Virus record (IMG/VR): IMGVR_UViG_3300043788_000101
Span: 26,917-90,916 of that record
DNA from: a virus
Direction: 5' to 3' (one strand)
Length of the DNA stretch: 64,000 bases
Each line of letters opens with the position of its first letter. Within the stretch, counting starts at the first letter, position 1. Below the pieces are notes generated by a model that was not told the origin of the DNA, did no database searches, and worked only from the letters and a program-made list of their open reading frames with translations. Of the stretch, positions 30,015 through 40,502 are shown piece after piece. The position numbers were made by a program, and so were the translations under genes.

Positions 30015-31658
30015 CTAGTTGCTCTGGATGGCGACGGCCATGTTGGTGAAGTTCGACGTGCTGCCCGAGTTGTTGCCGAAGCTCGGCGTCGCGCTCCCGG
30101 TGAACGTGCCGGTTTCGAGCGTGGCCGAGTCGCAGTCGCAGGATCCCTCTAGGCCGTCCCAGTTCCACGTGCTGCCGAGCGCCGTGTAACCGGCGCCGGC
30201 CGACGAGGGATTGAATCCGTACGTGACCGCCACGACCAGCGACGGTACGTCGAACGTGAGGGTAGGCAGCACGTCCGGCTGCGTCCCGTTGCCCCCGCAG
30301 CAGTCCTCGAAGACGACGTTGGCCGACGAGCCGACCACGGGTAGCGGGCCGGTGCCCGCGATCTCGAGCACCGCGATCGTCTGCCACTGGTTCACCCCGT
30401 CGAAGGTCGATGTCACCGTGAGCCCGCCGGGCGCCGCCGGGACGCCCGTGGCGGCGAAGCCGAGCATCGCGCCGAAGTCGGGCGCGTCGGTAACCGAGTC
30501 GAACTGCGCGTACGAGTTCCCCGCGCCGTCGGTAATCGTGATGGGCGGCGGGGTCATATCGCCGTTGTTGTCCTCGGCCGAGAAGACGACGATCGTGCTG
30601 CCGGCGAGCACCGGGCCGAGGGTCGCGTAGATCGCCTCGTTGTTGCTGTTGCCCTCCGGCGGGCAGTCCCCGTCGCACTGGAAGGCCGCCCACTGCCGGA
30701 CGTACGCCGCGACGCCACCGGCATCGGGAGCGGCGTCTGGGGCAGCGTCCGCCGTGGCGTCGACACCGCTCTCGGTCTCGCCCGCTTCGTCGCTAGAGGC
30801 CTCCGCCTCTGCCAGAGCATCTAGCGTGCTGGAGTCGCTGGCGTCACTCGAAGGGGCCGCGTCATTGGCATCGCTGAGCGCTCCATCGGTCGCGTCCGAG
30901 CCCGCCCCGGCGTCCGAGGCGTCCGATACGTTCGCGTCGGATGCGTCGGCAACGGCCGCGTCATTCGCGTCGCCGCTCCCGTCCGAGGCGTCGCTGCCCG
31001 CATCGTGCGCCGCATCGGTGCTGGCGTCGCTCGACGCGTCGGCCGCGCTGTCCGCCCCCGCGTCCGAGCTGCCGGCCGCCGCGTAGACACGCATCTGCCC
31101 GGTCGTCGTGTAGTAGTTCAAGCCGCCAGGCGCGCCGTACACGCGGATCGCAGTGCCCGTCACGGCCGGGAAGGTGAACGTGTAGGTCTCGAAGTTGACG
31201 CCGTTGTCGCCGCCGAACGCCGGGCTCGTCGTCACACCCGAGACGGTCGTCCACACCCCGCCCTGCTCGACCTGCACGGCAACGCTCGTGAACCATCCGC
31301 CGTTCCAGTACTGGATGCCCTGCTGGTAGACGACGCCGCCGAACGTCTGCGCGGTCGCGTAGGTGTAGCTGATCCAGTTCGCCGTCTCGGTCTTGCCGGT
31401 GTACGCGTTGAACTGCTGGGCGGAGTCGGTGGACCCCTGCGGCTCGAAGATGCCGTCGTAGATGACCGATAGCGGCCCGGCCGTCCCGAGCGCGGCGTGC
31501 GTCGGGGTATCGCCGAACGCGGCCGTCCCGCTTGCGGTGATGTCGGTGCCGAGCACCGCCTGGCTCTGGCTCTCGACGCGCTCTGGTGGGGCGGACGCAC
31601 TGCAGCCGAGCAAAGCAGAAACGCAAACGGCGAGAACGCTCGTCTTATGGATCATCAT
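30015..31658 (-). CDS. Myxobacterial-type lipoprotein with two beta domains and an Asp/Ala/Ser linker
   Basis: LLGC lipobox, ESQSQAV, discoidin-like domain, long DAS/DAG repeat. Confidence 0.75.
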   Translation of the reverse strand: MMIHKTSVLAVCVSALLGCSASAPPERVESQSQAVLGTDITASGTAAFGDTPTHAALGTAGPLSVIYDGIFEPQGSTDSAQQFNAYTGKTETANWISYTYATAQTFGGVVYQQGIQYWNGGWFTSVAVQVEQGGVWTTVSGVTTSPAFGGDNGVNFETYTFTFPAVTGTAIRVYGAPGGLNYYTTTGQMRVYAAAGSSDAGADSAADASSDASTDAAHDAGSDASDGSGDANDAAVADASDANVSDASDAGAGSDATDGALSDANDAAPSSDASDSSTLDALAEAEASSDEAGETESGVDATADAAPDAAPDAGGVAAYVRQWAAFQCDGDCPPEGNSNNEAIYATLGPVLAGSTIVVFSAEDNNGDMTPPPITITDGAGNSYAQFDSVTDAPDFGAMLGFAATGVPAAPGGLTVTSTFDGVNQWQTIAVLEIAGTGPLPVVGSSANVVFEDCCGGNGTQPDVLPTLTFDVPSLVVAVTYGFNPSSAGAGYTALGSTWNWDGLEGSCDCDSATLETGTFTGSATPSFGNNSGSTSNFTNMAVAIQSN

Positions 31659-31682
31659 CAGAAACCTCCCTGCAAGGTGAAC

Positions 31683-32165
31683 TTAGAACGTCGGCACGTC
31701 TTCGTCAGCGTCACTGTACTCGCCGAAGCTCGGCGCCTCGAACGCAGGAGCCTCGAAGCTGGGAGCCTGCGGCGGCGGCCCGTCTGGCCACTCGGTCTCG
31801 CCAGCAAGCGCGCGCGCCTCTGGGGGCGGCGGCACGACGCCGGAGCGGATGCGGCGGGACCACCCCCTAGCTCTCGCAGCTGAGCGACGGTTGCCGGCGA
31901 CATACTTGAGCTTGTCGGGCTTTGGGTTGTTAGCCGCGTAGGTCATGGCCTCAGCCAGGGCCTCTAGGAACTCGGGCGAGCACTGGCTCATTCGTTTGCC
32001 GGTGTAGTCGGGCCCACGGAAACTCTTCGGCGAAAAACGAATCTGCTCGTCACCGTACTGCGAGTCAAGATCACTGTCGCTAGCAAACAGTCCGCTCGCG
32101 GACTCAAGGTAGGCGACCCGATCTCGCAGGTCCTTGAAAGCCTTTCGCAGCGCGTCCTCGTTCAC
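31683..32165 (-). CDS. Hypothetical protein with an SSB-like acidic tail
   Basis: Ends DADEDVPTF; lies in the recombination operon. Confidence 0.55.
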   Translation of the reverse strand: MNEDALRKAFKDLRDRVAYLESASGLFASDSDLDSQYGDEQIRFSPKSFRGPDYTGKRMSQCSPEFLEALAEAMTYAANNPKPDKLKYVAGNRRSAARARGWSRRIRSGVVPPPPEARALAGETEWPDGPPPQAPSFEAPAFEAPSFGEYSDADEDVPTF

Positions 32166-32668
32166 TCGGTCCTCTGCGCAAAACGAGAGGGCGTGGTGAG
32201 AGCACGTTCAATAGACCATCCTACAGCTAGCCGTTCGCAGAGCGAGCACGGCTGGATGCCAATGCGTCGAGCCCAATCACTTATAGTGAGACACTCTCCC
32301 CGGAATGAGATTCGACGATTGGTCGTACGATTGTTCGCCTGTTCTTTCTGCGTCGCCCATCGACAATTGCGCGACGTATAGTTGCCGTTAGTGTTGTTGC
32401 GCTCAAGCGTGTGTTTTGGAGATGGCTTGCGACCCATGTCGGTTAGGAAGTTCTGAAAGCCGGTCCGCCCAGACCATCGAGCGCAGACCTGGATGCCGCG
32501 AGCGCCGTATCGCTTGAAGCGCGATGAGCTTTCGATCTCGCAACGCGCGTGCATGTTTTGCCAAGCAGTGTACTCAGGCGTGGCCTTGCGACCAAGTGAC
32601 TGACTAGGAGATTCGCCGTGCGTCGTAAGCGCGGCTCGTGCGGCTGCTATCTGATTCGGGTTGCCCAT
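32162..32668 (-). CDS. HNH-type homing endonuclease
   Basis: THG..EY.AW..M.ARC...YGARGI.VC.RW...GNY...NCRWAT.KEQANN. Confidence 0.85.
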   Translation of the reverse strand: MGNPNQIAAARAALTTHGESPSQSLGRKATPEYTAWQNMHARCEIESSSRFKRYGARGIQVCARWSGRTGFQNFLTDMGRKPSPKHTLERNNTNGNYTSRNCRWATQKEQANNRTTNRRISFRGECLTISDWARRIGIQPCSLCERLAVGWSIERALTTPSRFAQRTE

Positions 32669-33798
32669 CACGCGACCTCCTTCGGCTTGAGCGCCCGGGG
32701 CCGACGTGGAGCCTTCGCAGCCCCGATCGGCTTGGCCGCAATGATACGCGAGACCGGGGACTCCCGGTAGCATTCCGCGATCTCTTCCTCAGTGGCCCCG
32801 CGCTTGCGGGCGAGCGCGAGCAGAGACTCCGCGTGCAGTCGTTCGCTGGAACTGAGCGACTCGCGTAGCTCCCGCCCGTCCGGCAGCGGCAGACGCTCTT
32901 GACGGGCCCGCTCCTTGATGAGGTCGAGGACGCGTTCGAGAAGCGGCTTCATGCGGTCGTGGCCGAGCACCCAGGCCTCGCCGAGCTGCTCGGGCGTGGC
33001 GGTCGCCAGCGTACCATCGACGGCCACGAGGTCGGGCAGCATCGAGCGGACGAGGGCCTGTTTCGCCGGGCAAGCGCCCGACGTGAGGGCCGGGCAGTAC
33101 CGGCACCATTCGCCCTCGTTGACGTCTGGCGTGCCTTTGGCCAGGTAGACGCGCTTTGCCTCCTTCGACGCCGCGAGCGCCGCCTCAAGCTCATCGAGGA
33201 AGCCGTCGAAGTCGAAAGCCGTGTGCACCGCCGAGTCGTTCCAGACCTTGCCGCTCGTCTTGACGCTCGAGATGCGAAACTCGACCTCGGGCGCGTCGTG
33301 GGCCAAGTGCACCGCGCTCGCGAGCATGAGGCCCTGGCCGTTGTAGGCGGCGGGCTCGACGTCTAAGAATCCTGTCTTTATATCCGTAATCCTCGGCCTG
33401 CCGTCGACGTCGTTCCCGAGAATGTCGATGCTGCCAGGCACGTCCCACTCGCCGAGCGGGCCATCCTTCTCGTATTCGCGGCCGATGTCGACCCCGATGA
33501 AGCGCGCGGTGCGCTCGCGCACGTTGACGATGTATGAAACTTCGCACGAGATGTCGCTGAGGTCGCCGCCGATCTTGTGCCAGTCGATCGCGGCGCATGT
33601 CTCGCGCGTGGCCGGATCCTTCACGGCTTCGAGTGCGCGTGCGACTGGCGTGCCGGTGAGCACAGCCTTGCCGTATCGGTGGATGACGGTGCCGCGGACC
33701 GCGTGCGGGCTGTCGCTGTCGGCGTGGCTGAAGGCTAGCCAACTCGGGCACATGAGGGTGCGCGTCGTCGCGCTGGCGGAGCCGTTCGGGTATCTCAC
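32668..33798 (-). CDS. PD-(D/E)XK exonuclease (Cas4/DUF2800-like)
   Basis: RGTVIH, GSID, DIKTG, WCRYCPA...C. Confidence 0.8.
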   Translation of the reverse strand: MRYPNGSASATTRTLMCPSWLAFSHADSDSPHAVRGTVIHRYGKAVLTGTPVARALEAVKDPATRETCAAIDWHKIGGDLSDISCEVSYIVNVRERTARFIGVDIGREYEKDGPLGEWDVPGSIDILGNDVDGRPRITDIKTGFLDVEPAAYNGQGLMLASAVHLAHDAPEVEFRISSVKTSGKVWNDSAVHTAFDFDGFLDELEAALAASKEAKRVYLAKGTPDVNEGEWCRYCPALTSGACPAKQALVRSMLPDLVAVDGTLATATPEQLGEAWVLGHDRMKPLLERVLDLIKERARQERLPLPDGRELRESLSSSERLHAESLLALARKRGATEEEIAECYRESPVSRIIAAKPIGAAKAPRRPRALKPKEVA

Positions 33799-33982
33799 GG
33801 GCCCTCCTTCAAAGCGGTCGCAATCATATTGCAGATGTCGCGGTCGTGAATAGCAGGAAGCGCCTCGACGAGGAGGCGCTCTAGCACGATGCAGCGGAGC
33901 ACGAGGCGCCGCGTGCGTGGGTCATCCGCGAACCCGTCGTCGACCATCGAGTCGTCTTCGAGCGGGGCGGAGATGACGGCGG

Positions 33983-34414
33983 TCATGACCAGCGCCCAAG
34001 TGGCTTATCAAGCGGTATGCCGCGTTTCAGTCGAGACCACACCGTACCCTTGTCGAGGCCAAAGCGATCTGCCCACGCTTGCATACAAAGAGTCTCGCCA
34101 CGGAACGTAATCATGCGGTTGTTCCGACGATTTCGGTTCTGCTCTGACGACGTCGCCCAGCGCACGTTTCCCGGCTCGTAGTTCCCGTTTGGGTTTGGAT
34201 GACGATCCAGAGAATGCCATGGGCTGGGTCGAGGGCCAACGGACGCGTAGAAAGCCTCGAATGAACCCATCCAGCTGGAGCAGACACGAATCCCACGGCC
34301 ACCATACAGATGCCAGTACTCGTGCGTAGAACGAGTACACCTGGCCTTCATACTATGCCAGGCCGAGTACTCGGGTGTCCCGTACATGCCGTGAGTAGTC
34401 TGCGAGTGGGTCAT
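33983..34414 (-). CDS. HNH-type homing endonuclease (paralog of 32162-32668)
   Basis: THGMYGTPEYSAW..MKARC...YGGRGI.VC...SLDR...GNYEPGNVRWAT. Confidence 0.85.
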   Translation of the reverse strand: MTHSQTTHGMYGTPEYSAWHSMKARCTRSTHEYWHLYGGRGIRVCSSWMGSFEAFYASVGPRPSPWHSLDRHPNPNGNYEPGNVRWATSSEQNRNRRNNRMITFRGETLCMQAWADRFGLDKGTVWSRLKRGIPLDKPLGRWS

Positions 34415-35379
34415 CGCGCAAGCGTCCCCTGCTGCGCGCCACCGAATGGGATCGGAGGTTCCTCAGGGCCGTCATACGAGTCACCGCGCTGATTCGGCGG
34501 GAGGTACGGCTTCGTGTTCGCGGGCGGCGCCGTGGTCGAGGCGGACCCCTTCGGCTCGTCTTTCTTCTTCGCGCCGAGGGTCAGATTGTAGAACGTCCGA
34601 AGCTCTGCCCCCATGGCCTCCGGCGCGTCCGCCGAGAACTTCCCGATGAGCGCGTGGACGGCCTTCTTGTCCTCGGTCTTGCCCGACGCCGCTGCGTCGG
34701 TGACGGCCTGCTTGAGCACGTCGGCCTCGGCCTGCCAGTCGCGCGCCGCGACCTGCGGAGGCGGAGCGCCTGCCGTGACGACTTCGCCCTGCATCTCGTC
34801 CTCAAGCTCGTCGATGGTAGGCAAACCCATGGTCGCGTCGGGAAACCAGATGTCGGCCGCTTCCGATCGGGCGCGAGCCTGCATCATGCGCCGAGGGAAC
34901 TTCTCATAGTTGGAGTCGGGCTTCACGACCCCCATACGCTTCGCGTCTTCGATCGTGAACTTGACGAGCTGTTCGGGCGAGCCCTTCCGTTTGACCTTCC
35001 ACGTCGCGTGCGTCGTGTCGCTCGAGACGTGCTCGAAGATTTCGCACTGCGGGTGACGCAGGACGAGCGCCTGCTTGAGCGCCGCCGAGAGGCCGGTGCG
35101 CCCGTAGAGGTCGTAGACGTGCTGCATCGCGATGACGGCAGGAATGCCGAGGTTGCGCCCGGTCATGAGGCGCATGAGAGCCTGCTGCTCAGTGAGCTTC
35201 GCTGCGCCCTTCGGCGCCCACATGCCCGAGTCGGAGATGATCTTCGCGAGGCTCATCGCGTGCTGAAAGTCGTTCGGTTCGAGCGCGAGCGCGAACGAGT
35301 TGTCAGGCGTGGTCTTCGCGAGCGCGACGCTCGGACGGCTCGGGTCGTCGTGGCTGTTCGGCGGAGTCGTGGTCATCAT
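34411..35379 (-). CDS. RecT/Bet-like single-strand annealing protein
   Basis: FTIEDAKRMG...NYEKFPRRMMQARA...FPD..MG; adjacent exonuclease. Confidence 0.7.
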   Translation of the reverse strand: MMTTTPPNSHDDPSRPSVALAKTTPDNSFALALEPNDFQHAMSLAKIISDSGMWAPKGAAKLTEQQALMRLMTGRNLGIPAVIAMQHVYDLYGRTGLSAALKQALVLRHPQCEIFEHVSSDTTHATWKVKRKGSPEQLVKFTIEDAKRMGVVKPDSNYEKFPRRMMQARARSEAADIWFPDATMGLPTIDELEDEMQGEVVTAGAPPPQVAARDWQAEADVLKQAVTDAAASGKTEDKKAVHALIGKFSADAPEAMGAELRTFYNLTLGAKKKDEPKGSASTTAPPANTKPYLPPNQRGDSYDGPEEPPIPFGGAQQGTLAR

Positions 35380-35436
35380 GATCTAGCCCTCCTACAGGCC
35401 GAGAGAATGTAACGCCTCATTCGAGCGAATGCAAGA

Positions 35437-35643
35437 TTATTGCGATGCGGTCGGGTCCGCGAGTCGACGCCGTTTGGCGTAGCGCTGGACCGCGGTGCGG
35501 GCGAGCGTCTTGAGCGGTTGTCCCATCCCCCATCGATAGATGCTGGACTGAGAAACGCCGAGCGCCTCGGCGAGCTTGCCGACGCCGCCGGCAGACTCTG
35601 CGAGCTGGAGCCACGCGCCCTCGAGCGACGTCTTGCGGCTCAT
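35437..35643 (-). CDS. Cro-like HTH regulator
   Basis: GGVGKLAEALGVSQSSIYRW. Confidence 0.75.
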   Translation of the reverse strand: MSRKTSLEGAWLQLAESAGGVGKLAEALGVSQSSIYRWGMGQPLKTLARTAVQRYAKRRRLADPTASQ

Positions 35644-36395
35644 GCGGACACCAACGCAAGGCGCGGTTTTGTATAGCGGTCGAGGTAAGCGCCGACGTCT
35701 GGGCGCCCTTGTCTCTCAAACAGACCCACGAGTCGATTACACGCGCTATGAACAAGCGCCCGCGGGACCCCAGTGGCGTGGTCATGGTCGCGGTGCACGG
35801 AGTCACCGCGGTTTCCGTGCGGCCGCATGGGCTTGCCGCAGCAGGCGCAAAGCCCACACTGAGATTCCCACGCAGCCTCGAATGCCTCACGAGTCCAGCC
35901 GGTACGTTTCTCGATCTGGGCGTAACGGTATCCGTTCGCCTCGCGACGGGTCTTGTCGTGGCTTCGAAGATGAGTCTCGCATAGAAGTGGACTACCGAGC
36001 TTGCGATTCTGCAAAAACGCATTGCAAACCTTGCAATACGGTGGGCGCGGCCTTTTCGTGTATGGCCGCTTCGGCTTCCGCATCTTTGCCTTCGCCTCTT
36101 CGGAATGAGGACGACCAATCCACGGGTGGTGCTGCGAGCGATACTCAGCACGCGAGGCAAGAAAGAGATGGTCGATGCGAACGCATGCCCTATTGCGGCA
36201 GCGCCATAGAAGGACGAGCCCGTGCGGAATTGGCCCAACAGATACGCGCCAAGCTACACGATGATTGTGTGTCTCGCGCTTTTCGCCAGGAATGCTAATC
36301 GAAATCGTGCCGTACCATTCCAGGCATTCCCCTACCGACACACAGTCGACCGAGAGGCGGTGCCGCGCGACAGCAATCCGTTCGTCTGGCGTCAT
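35640..36395 (-). CDS. Composite endonuclease: degenerate HNH + NUMOD3-like motif + EndoVII domain
   Basis: HRVAW...C.NRACV..DHL; HSEEAKAKM; HRDHDHATG..RAL.HS.CN. Confidence 0.75.
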   Translation of the reverse strand: MTPDERIAVARHRLSVDCVSVGECLEWYGTISISIPGEKRETHNHRVAWRVSVGPIPHGLVLLWRCRNRACVRIDHLFLASRAEYRSQHHPWIGRPHSEEAKAKMRKPKRPYTKRPRPPYCKVCNAFLQNRKLGSPLLCETHLRSHDKTRREANGYRYAQIEKRTGWTREAFEAAWESQCGLCACCGKPMRPHGNRGDSVHRDHDHATGVPRALVHSACNRLVGLFERQGRPDVGAYLDRYTKPRLALVSA

Positions 36396-36554
36396 CGCTT
36401 GCGGTGCGCGCCCAAGAAGGTGAGAGCAGTCGCCGGGACAAGTTTCGGGCACTTGCGCGTGTCGCATGGCGAATCAAGCTAACGCACGATTCAAATATTG
36501 ACAACGCGAAAGCGTCGTGGCAGCGTGGCCGGCATCCTCGGAGGCGACCATCCC

Positions 36555-37007
36555 ATGAGCAAGACTCCCGACCAGAACGACCGCGGCGTGCGCGAGTTCG
36601 CAGCCCAAGAGCCGAAGGCCTTCGGCGTCATCTTCTCACAGCTTGAGGACGGGCAGCTGCAGCTCGACGCGACCGCGCGCCTGGCCGAGCTTTGCGCCGA
36701 GCTGTCGCGCCAGGCGGACGCGACGGGCGGCAAGGTCAAGGGCTCCTTCACGCTCAAGATCAAGATCGCCGCGGAGCGCGGAGGCGTCGTCGACATCGAC
36801 TCGGACATTACCATCGTCAAGCCCAAGGCGCCGCGTCACCGCAGCGTCATGTGGCTGAATGCAAAGGGTGCTCTCTCGAACGAGAACCCGAAGCAGCTCT
36901 CGCTCGGGGTGCGCGACGTCTCGAAGCCTGCCGAGGAGAAGCCGCGCGAGGCGCCTGCGGTCAAGACCGCGGTGGCGCACGACGCGGCGACCGGCGAGCT
37001 TCGGTAG
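36555..37007 (+). CDS. YfdP-like partner of the DUF2303 protein
   Basis: KGSFTLKIKI...G.LS.ENPKQLSL; typical gene pair. Confidence 0.65.
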   Translation: MSKTPDQNDRGVREFAAQEPKAFGVIFSQLEDGQLQLDATARLAELCAELSRQADATGGKVKGSFTLKIKIAAERGGVVDIDSDITIVKPKAPRHRSVMWLNAKGALSNENPKQLSLGVRDVSKPAEEKPREAPAVKTAVAHDAATGELR

Positions 37008-37102
37008 GAATCTTCAAAAAAAAGAGAAGCAGCCGGACGCGTCCGCGAGCCTGTGGTGGGTCATCGCGGGCGTAGTCCGGCACCATTGAAAGAGAGACAG
37101 CC

Positions 37103-38005
37103 ATGACGACCGAAGCGCAAGCCATCGCAGAGTTGCAGAAGAAAGCCGACCAGCAGCCGCACACCGTTCTCGTGGGAGACGAGGATCACACGGTGCAAGT
37201 GCTCATGGTGCCCAACGGGGCCGGAGGCTGGGCACCGAATCACGTGAAGCAATTCACCGAGCCGTACCGCAAGGCGCCCGAGCGTCGCCGTGGGACCGCC
37301 GTCCTCACGGACCTCGTGAGCTTTATCTCACACGTGAAAAGATTCGCAGACACCGACTCGGTCGTCTTCGCCGACAAGTCGCCGGCATCTCCCAAGCTGA
37401 CGGCCGTTCTCGACTACCACAAGACGGGCGCCGCGGGCGATCCGCGCTTCGGCACGCACCGATCGGTCTACACGTTCCCGCTGTCTGACGAGTGGAAGGC
37501 CTGGGCGGCGCAGGACGGCGTCGTCATGAGCCAAGTCGACTTCGCGGCGTTCATCGAGGAAAACCTTGCGGACGTGGCCGATCCTTCGAGCGCCCTCGAC
37601 GGTGCCAAGAAGTTCTCGGCGCTCATGTCGTGCGCGTATGCTTCGGCCAGCGCGCTTCTCGAGCTGTCGCGCGGTCTCACGGTGCACGTGGGCGCGAAGG
37701 TCGCGCAGCATGTGAACCTTCAGACAGGCGTGGGCAAGGTCACATTCGAGACCAAACACGCCGATGAGAGTGGGGCACCCGTGAGCGTGCCTGGAGCCTT
37801 TCTCATTCAGATCCCCGCCTTCAAAGAGGGACCGCTCTATCAGATCCCAGCGCGCCTCCGGTACCGCGTGAACAGCGGCAACATCACCTGGAGCTACGAC
37901 CTCTACCGCGCGAGCGCCGTGCTCGACCACGCGATTCAAGAGGGCTGCGACACCGTGGCCGAAGGGACCTCGCTGCCGGTACTGTCCGGCTCGCCCGAGT
38001 CGTGA
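37103..38005 (+). CDS. DUF2303 (YfdQ-like) protein
   Basis: SFI.HVKRF...TAVLDYH...SDEWKAW...MSQVDFA.FIEEN...ARLRYR. Confidence 0.85.
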   Translation: MTTEAQAIAELQKKADQQPHTVLVGDEDHTVQVLMVPNGAGGWAPNHVKQFTEPYRKAPERRRGTAVLTDLVSFISHVKRFADTDSVVFADKSPASPKLTAVLDYHKTGAAGDPRFGTHRSVYTFPLSDEWKAWAAQDGVVMSQVDFAAFIEENLADVADPSSALDGAKKFSALMSCAYASASALLELSRGLTVHVGAKVAQHVNLQTGVGKVTFETKHADESGAPVSVPGAFLIQIPAFKEGPLYQIPARLRYRVNSGNITWSYDLYRASAVLDHAIQEGCDTVAEGTSLPVLSGSPES

Positions 38006-38403
38006 GTCGTTGCGGCAAATGCCGCAGGCCCATCGTGCGGAGCCGAGGCAACCTGCCGCGCGAGGCCTGCCGGTGCCATCCGCGGCGCGTGCCGCCGCTT
38101 ACGCGGCTCACCGTTCGGATGTGCATGGGCAAGGTGGACAGGCGCAAGCTTTGGGTACGGGCGCTCGAGGCGAGGCGCGATGTCGCAGCCGAATAGCATC
38201 GACGCGCAACTCGGTCTCTTCGCCTCAACCGAGACGCACTACATTCTCGTCCAGTACGAGAGCGCGACGATCCATCCGTACTTCGGAACGCCGTGCCGTT
38301 GGCAGAACACGCTCGACGCGAAGGACGAGGCCGAAGTTCGCGCGTACGCGGCTGCGCAAGGCTAGACCGTGACCGTCACGGCGGAATGAGGTAAGCTAGA
38401 GCC

Positions 38404-39645
38404 ATGCCTATGATCTGCGTTACGTGCGGAGACTCTCTCAGCGAATGCGTCGAGCAAGGCTACCAGCCGTGCAAGAGCGGTAAGCACCCGCAGTTGCGCG
38501 CGGAGCTTCAGCGCGTGTACTCTCATAGGTGGCCGTCATTCACCGACGGACCGGAGCGGTTGCAGTGTATGAACTGCGAAGCCTTCGCCGACCGCCAGCC
38601 CGACGGCTCCTACCTCGCGCGCGGCCAGATCAAGAGCTTCGACGTCTCAATCACCATCGGCGGCGTGAAGGCGCCTAATGCGAAGCGAGTTGGCGACCTC
38701 GTGGCAGCGGAGTTCTCGAAGCCCGTCCCGCTAGCCTACGAGACGAAGCAGAACGTTTCGAAGTGCGAGAAGTGCGCGACGCCGATCTTCTGGCACTCCG
38801 GCCAGTGGCTTGACGCGTTCTCGGAGAGATTCGGCGACGCCGTCTGCCACGCCATGCCGACGCATCATCAGCCGCTCGACTTGAGCGAGGACGCCCGAGA
38901 GACCACGTGCATGGCGTGCGGCCTCACGATTCACCGATACGCTGGTGGCCTATGGTACGTGCGCCATGGTGATGGGAGCGCGGCTGATCCCATTCGTACT
39001 GACGCGAAGTGCCGCGCCACGCCCGAGCAGAAGGCGCACCCGCTCATGCTGAAAGACGTGGTCGAGAACCCGAAGCTTCTGGCGCCGAAACCGTGCGACC
39101 ACCGAGCCGGCGTCGTCATGTCCAACGGCGAAGCGCGGTGCGCGGGCTGCCATCTTCTCGTCGGTACGGCCATCAAAAATCAGGAGCGGCTCTACGACCA
39201 GTTCGGCGAGATGCTCCGACACGCCGGGCAATACCCCGAGAAGGTGCTCGCGGAGTTGCTCTCAGCCGATCCGCTCACGACCGCGCTGAGTAAGCAGGTC
39301 GCGCGCCGCCTTCTCACGCCGCGAGATCCGTTCCCACTGCCACCACCCGAATACGGAGTCGACATGTCCCCATTCATCAAGACGCCGGGCTTCGGCGAAG
39401 CGGTCCGCCACGCAATCGAAATGATCAAGCCAGCCACGCTCTCGCTCGACGAGATGATGCTGTCGGCCGGCTATGTGCCGAAGGCCGACGTGGTCAAGCT
39501 CGCGCATCAGCTCTCCGAGGGCGCGCTGCGTCTCGTTCAAGAGCGCGGAGACGAGCTGCAGACCGTCAACGACGAGATGCGCGCCATCAAGGCCGAGAAC
39601 TCGGACCTGCGCCGCAAGGTCGAGCGACTTGAGCGCCGCAAGTGA
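38404..39645 (+). CDS. Hypothetical multi-CxxC protein with C-terminal coiled coil
   Basis: 413 aa, several CxxC pairs. Confidence 0.6.
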   Translation: MPMICVTCGDSLSECVEQGYQPCKSGKHPQLRAELQRVYSHRWPSFTDGPERLQCMNCEAFADRQPDGSYLARGQIKSFDVSITIGGVKAPNAKRVGDLVAAEFSKPVPLAYETKQNVSKCEKCATPIFWHSGQWLDAFSERFGDAVCHAMPTHHQPLDLSEDARETTCMACGLTIHRYAGGLWYVRHGDGSAADPIRTDAKCRATPEQKAHPLMLKDVVENPKLLAPKPCDHRAGVVMSNGEARCAGCHLLVGTAIKNQERLYDQFGEMLRHAGQYPEKVLAELLSADPLTTALSKQVARRLLTPRDPFPLPPPEYGVDMSPFIKTPGFGEAVRHAIEMIKPATLSLDEMMLSAGYVPKADVVKLAHQLSEGALRLVQERGDELQTVNDEMRAIKAENSDLRRKVERLERRK

Positions 39646-39983
39646 GATTCAAGAAGACCGAGCCGCGCACCGTTGAGCAGCGCGACTACCACTCGTCGAC
39701 CGTCTGCGACTTCTGCGGTGCGCGCAAGGTCGAGCGCATGCGCTACTGGCCAAAGCCCATCCAGCAAACCGACTCCGAGGTCGAGCTGTCGGCGAAGCTC
39801 GGTGACATTTACGACGACGATGACCGCAATCTCGAAGCCTTCGACTGCTGCCCGGACTGCTGGCAAAAGAAGGTCAAGCCGGCGCTGCGGGCGCTTCTCA
39901 TGCCGGGCCACGAGATGTACGAGCATCGCTGGGGGCCGTACCACGACTCGGAGCGCTACCCGATCGATCCGGTGGAGCCGTGA
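39642..39983 (+). CDS. Hypothetical Zn-ribbon protein
   Basis: CDFC...CPDC; coupled start/stop. Confidence 0.55.
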   Translation: MRFKKTEPRTVEQRDYHSSTVCDFCGARKVERMRYWPKPIQQTDSEVELSAKLGDIYDDDDRNLEAFDCCPDCWQKKVKPALRALLMPGHEMYEHRWGPYHDSERYPIDPVEP

Positions 39984-40502
39984 GTGTTTCGATGTTCGAT
40001 GTGCAGTTTGGCACCGGCAAGGTTCTGATTCCTCTTCGTATCGAGGCCGCGACGTGGTTTGACGCGCGGGCGTACGGGGCGCAGTGGCTCGGCGTCGATA
40101 CGATGAACGTGCTCTGCCGGCCGTCGCAGCCGGGCTACCGGGCCGCCATCGCACTCGAGTGGCGCGGTTCAGATTACAACGGCCAACGGCAACTCTGGAT
40201 GCGACAACGCGACAAGCGCGGCCGCTGGCGTCCGTGGGTGCTCGCGTGACGTACTTCTGGGCGACGCTCTGCCTTCTCACGTGGACCTGGATCGCGGCGG
40301 GCCTGTTCATTCGCTGGCGCATCGAGCGCAATGTACTGAAGGCTTACGGGCTCCTCCTCAACGTCAAGCCTGGGCGATGGGAGAGCAACCGGGCCGTACG
40401 CGCACGCATGGTCAAAGTCGTGGCTGGCATTGCCGCGCCGTCGCCTGAGGCGCGCGCACGGTGGGCCGCTGCGATGACGCGTCGCCCGGAGGACCGGCCG
40501 AA

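Noticed and set aside
30700-31080. GCGTC-rich low-complexity tract
   Set aside because: Coding Asp/Ala/Ser linker of the lipoprotein
32668-33798. Cas4 as a sign of CRISPR-Cas
   Set aside because: Paired with a RecT-like gene, so it fits a standard phage recombination exonuclease
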